Positions 59,936-64,000 of a DNA stretch of 64,000 nt are shown here, piece by piece. The notes below the pieces were generated by a model that was given only the letters and a program-made list of their open reading frames with translations, was not told the origin of the DNA and searched no databases. Each line of letters begins with the position of its first letter. The first letter of the stretch is position 1. Source of the stretch: Squalus acanthias (Eukaryota); assembly GCA_030390025.1 (NCBI GenBank), contig CM059431.1, positions 138,572,001 to 138,636,000 of the forward strand. The letters run 5' to 3'. The translations under genes and the position numbers were made by a program.

Positions 59936-61162
59936 CACGCTTCCTTCTACCCCCTTTAGTCTGAGCCCATCTTTTGTCGTACTTGGCTTCTGTGAAGCAC
60001 CTTGCGATGTGTTTCGATGGAAATGCAAGTTGGTGTTACTGTGTGTTTATTGTACCAGTGTCAGCGTGAGTGGCACAGCAGATAACTAAATCTTACAAGA
60101 TCTCAAACTGGGTTATAAGTTAATGCCGGAGAAAAACTTCAACTATAGTTTGGAGAAATTTCTGATCCGAGACTGAATCACTTTACAATTCCCCAGTGGG
60201 GAAAGGAACGGACGCTGACTGATAGTTTGTTTGGACGCACGTGCGAGGGTTCAAACACAGCGAGACACGCGCACGAGTGGAGAATATTCACTGTAAAACA
60301 GCAGGCAAATCTTCCACTTGTATATTCATGGCCATTCCTGAGATTGAGATAACCTGTGAAAATGTTCCACAAATCAATGCTGAGCATCACCTCACTGTTT
60401 AAAGTGACATGATTCACAACATTATACATTAGTGTTAATATTAGTTGAACAGCAGTCAATGTCCTCACCTCCTGCATGTCCTCTCCTGCTCAATAGTCAG
60501 GTGCTGACACCAGGAGAGATATGGTCAATGTATTCAAATAGAAACACCAACCAGGACACATCTCCATGATCACACGGACAATGTCACTGCCCACAGAGAC
60601 CAGAGGATCACACCCAGCTATATATTGTGTGTGGATAGAAATCATATTCATAAAGTACCGGAATTTAATATCAGAACTCGAATCAAAATTAATAAATACA
60701 AATATGCGAATAAAAAATACAATAGTGCCACATTGTGTAAAACCGAGAAGTGAATCATTGAATTCATCAATGATCACTCGCTCCATATTTTCCTGCAGAA
60801 TATTCTCTACCTCAGGAATAAGGCTGGCTTTGGCCTGCACTGTGTGAGTAAATCTCACCAATGTGCGAGTCTCGGCCGATGGGAGCCCGTCTGGAACTCG
60901 GTTGTGGAGATCAGCGGGACTCACTGGATTTCACTGGGCAGCTGTCTGTGTCACACCTGATGTGGAGAGTTGATCGTAACACTCGGGAAATGCTCGATCT
61001 CCGAGCTAACAGCTGGTGTACTGATTGGGAGGGGCGGGGGGGGGAGGGGCTTGAAATCATCTTTAACAAGGCAGCGCTCTCCTTATTTTAATATTTCTAT
61101 CTAACCCTCCTATTAATATAGTTATTACAGAGCATCATAATCTGGGAACGCCTGTCACCGCC

Positions 61163-61226
61163 ATGGCTGAAGGTCCAACCAGGGGAGAAGATCCAACATC
61201 TTCAACAAGAATGAGAATGGACACAG
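61163..61226 (+). CDS. NLR-like gene, right paralog, first coding exon (whole exon 61131-61226)
   Basis: ttattacAG acceptor, caccgccATGG, MAEGPTRGEDPTSSTRMRMDT plus G, donor GTAAGA. Confidence 0.75.
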
Positions 61227-62418
61227 GTAAGAACAACACAATATTATTTACAATATAATTTCTGACCTGACAGAGGGTCCCGATCTCGTGCAAGAACCTC
61301 CAGCTCACACAGTTCGAGGGAACAGGACAGGGGCTGATTAGAAAGAGGGAAGTGAGTGACCATCTAGAGAGGCACCGCAGTCACAGGTGGAGGGAGCCCC
61401 TGAGGACTGGAACTGTCCAATAGATGGGGACTGTAAGGTGGATGGAGACAGTGACTCAGAGGATTGTCTTCCTGAGCAATAGTTTGAAGCCAGGGAGCAG
61501 TAGGTCACCCCGAGTGAGCCGAGGGTGAGAGGAGAATGATAGAAATATCTGATTCCAGAGGGAAGAACATCTTTGAACGGCTGTGACCTTTTCTGTGAAG
61601 GCAAGAAGAGCAGAAAATTGTCCCGGTCAAAACCAAAAACACAACTAGAAATACATTAAAAAAATAATAATTTTGGGGACATGTGTGTCGCTGGCAAGGC
61701 CCCCATTTATTGCCCACACCAAGTTGCCATTCAATAGGTGATGGTGGGCCACCTTCTTGAATCGCTGCAGTCCATGTGGTGAAGGTGCTCCCACAGTGCT
61801 GTTAGGTAGGGAGTTCCAAGATTTTGATCCAGCGACAATGAAGGAGAGGTGATGTGTGTCCAAGTTAGGGTTGTATGTGACTTTAAGGAGAAATTGGAAG
61901 CGAAGGTGTTCCCACGCACCTGGTGCCCTTGTCCTTCTAGGTGGTGGATGTCGTGGGTATGGGAGGTGCTGTCGAGGTTGCAGATTACTGTCTACTGGAT
62001 GCCCTCCAGTAACTCAGCAAGGCATCCAGTAGACAGTAATCTGCAACCACGGTAAGCCAATGGTGGAGGGAGTCAATGTTTAACCCAATGGATGTGGTGC
62101 TGATCAAGCATAATGCTTTGTCCTGGATGGTGTTGAGCATCTTCAGTGTTGTTGCAACGTCACTTGTCCAGACAAATGGAAAGTGTTCCATCACTCTCCT
62201 GACGTGTGTTGTAGGTGGGGGAGAGAATTTGGGGAGTCACGAGGTGAGCCACTCGCCACAGAATACCCAGCCTCTGACCTGCTCCCGTAGACACGGGGGA
62301 TGTATGTGGCTGGTCCAGTTCTATTTTGTTTGATCTGGGGGACTTGTTGATAATGTCATTGACTGTCATGGCATATGGCTATGGTATCTCTGGTTGGAGA
62401 TGGTCATTGCCTGACCCT

Positions 62419-62890
62419 GGGAACGGTAGCGTAGTGGTAATGTCACTGGGCTAGTAATCCAGAGGCCTGGACTAATGATTCAGAGACGTGAATTCAAATC
62501 CCACCACAGCAGCTGGGGACTTAAATAAATCTGGAATAAAAAGCTAGTATCAGTAATGGTAACCATGAAACTATCGGATTGTCGTTAAAAACCCATCTGG
62601 TTCACTAATGTATTTTAGGGAAGGAAATCTGCCGTCCTTACCTGGTCTGGCCTGTATGTGACTCCAGACCCACAGCAATGTGGTTGATCTTAACTGCCCT
62701 CTGAAATGGCCTAGCAAGTCACTCAGTTGTAACTAACCATTACGAAACAAAATACCATCACCACACGGACTGCAGCGGTTCAAGAAGGCGGCTCACCACC
62801 ACCTTCTCAAGGGCAACTAGCGATGGGCAATAAATGCTGGCCTTGCCAGCGACGCCCAGATCCCATAAAAGGAATTTAAAAAAAAAAAAC
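62419..62890 (+). mobile_element. Deu-type tRNA SINE (paralog of 7136-7600) inside a LINE remnant (about 61675-63110)
   Basis: A box tagcgtagtgg, Deu-like core, LINE-type tail and A run. Confidence 0.8.
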
Positions 62891-63935
62891 TTATTTGGTT
62901 CGAATATTATTTGCCACATATCAGGCCAAAACTGGATGTTATCCACGTATTGCTGCATGCAGGCATGGACTGCTTCATTATTGGGGGAATTGTGAATGGG
63001 GCCGAACAAACTGCAACCATCAGCGAGCAGCCCCACCTCTAACCTTATGATGGAGCGAAGGTCACTGATGAAGCAGCTGGAAGTAGTTGAGTCTAGGACG
63101 CTGGCCTGGTTTGAGGTCCATATTGAGGGAATTTAAAGTCAGGCAATGAAATGTAGGGTGGAGGTGGTGAAAAGGGAATTGGGTTCAAGGCCAGCGGATA
63201 ATATAAAAAGTCAGGGTTTATGAAAAGTAAAGCAATAATTCAAGGTTCTATCACTGGGGATAAAGGGGAATCTAGTTGTGGAGGATGACGTTTTGAGGAG
63301 GTATCAAAGATTTCCAATAGTTTCTAAAAATGATGGTGGGAGTGCGAGAAGGTGGACTAGAGGAGGATGCGGGATCATAGTTGGAGTTAAATGTAGGGAA
63401 GGATTTGGAGCTGAAAAAATAGCCAAGATGGGTAAGTGACTGGACCCAGAGATAACACACTCCAGGCTGTTAAATCAAATCACAGAGGAGGGAGGACAGA
63501 CTCTCCACAATTGTTCAATCTGTTTTAGATTTAAACAATACACTTGTGCACTGAAGGAGCCCAAGTAACGTCTCTGTTCAACAATGGAGGAGAGAGGATA
63601 AACCGGGTAACTAGAACAGTCTACGGCAGTTATGGGCAGAATGCTCGAGTCCGGAATTTAAGGTTGAATTAGTGAATGTTGAGATACAGGGGATGATCAG
63701 GGGAGGCTGGTACTGACTAACTGTAGGCAAGATGTGTTTGACAAATTTGCACGCTTTTTTTAAAGAATGGACTATATAGATCGATGGGATGCAGCATCTG
63801 CGGTGTATATGTGGTTTAAGAAGGTGTTTGATAATGCGGCTCACAGGAGGTTTCAGCTGTTTGGTATAAGAGGCAATGTAGCAGCTTGGATATAAAGTGG
63901 ATAATGAGTTTAATTTTCTCCATTTGTGTTCACAG

Positions 63936-64000
63936 ATCCGAACTCTACAATCACTGAGTTCTTGACAGAGTGTAACGATTACCAGCTGTTCCAGTTGACG
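63936..64000 (+). CDS. NLR-like gene, right paralog, coding exon 2 (cut by the window edge)
   Basis: tttgtgttcacAG then (D)PNSTITEFLTECNDYQLFQLT. Confidence 0.75.

Larger units (their letters stand above)
54905..64000. repeat. Right arm of the inverted segmental duplication
   Basis: Reverse-complement colinear with 17310 down to 5986, lacking the 10039-12075 CR1. Confidence 0.95.

Overview
This is vertebrate DNA, most likely from a cartilaginous fish (inferred from HE1-type V-SINE, Deu-type SINE and HER1/CR1 content), and it is dense with retroelements. The host architecture is an inverted, head-to-head duplication (about 5986-17310 versus 54905-64000). Each arm carries the 5' coding exons of an NLR-like immune gene paralog, and two mutually homologous CpG-island promoters point outward (about 22290-22700 minus; about 45843-46660 plus). 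Between the promoters is a three-level nested insertion. A 78-bp minisatellite was hit (12-bp TSD) by a ~230-bp Penelope-type hairpin element carrying minimal hammerhead ribozymes on both strands. That element was then hit at one exact site by three head-to-tail, full-length (~7.15 kb) Tx1-group (L1 clade) retrotransposons, each bounded by the same 23-bp target duplication. All three ORF2s (APE-RT-CCHC, 1299 aa from ATG) are intact, and all three ORF1s are frameshifted at different places. Each copy's 5' end carries a variant of the downstream target sequence, so an insertion appears to rebuild the target site. The ~1 kb 5'UTR is rich in nested inverted repeats. The best candidate for an undescribed system is a site-specific Tx1 family that parasitises Penelope ribozyme termini and stacks in tandem. 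Novelty cannot be confirmed without database searches, and the boundaries of old repeat fragments are approximate.
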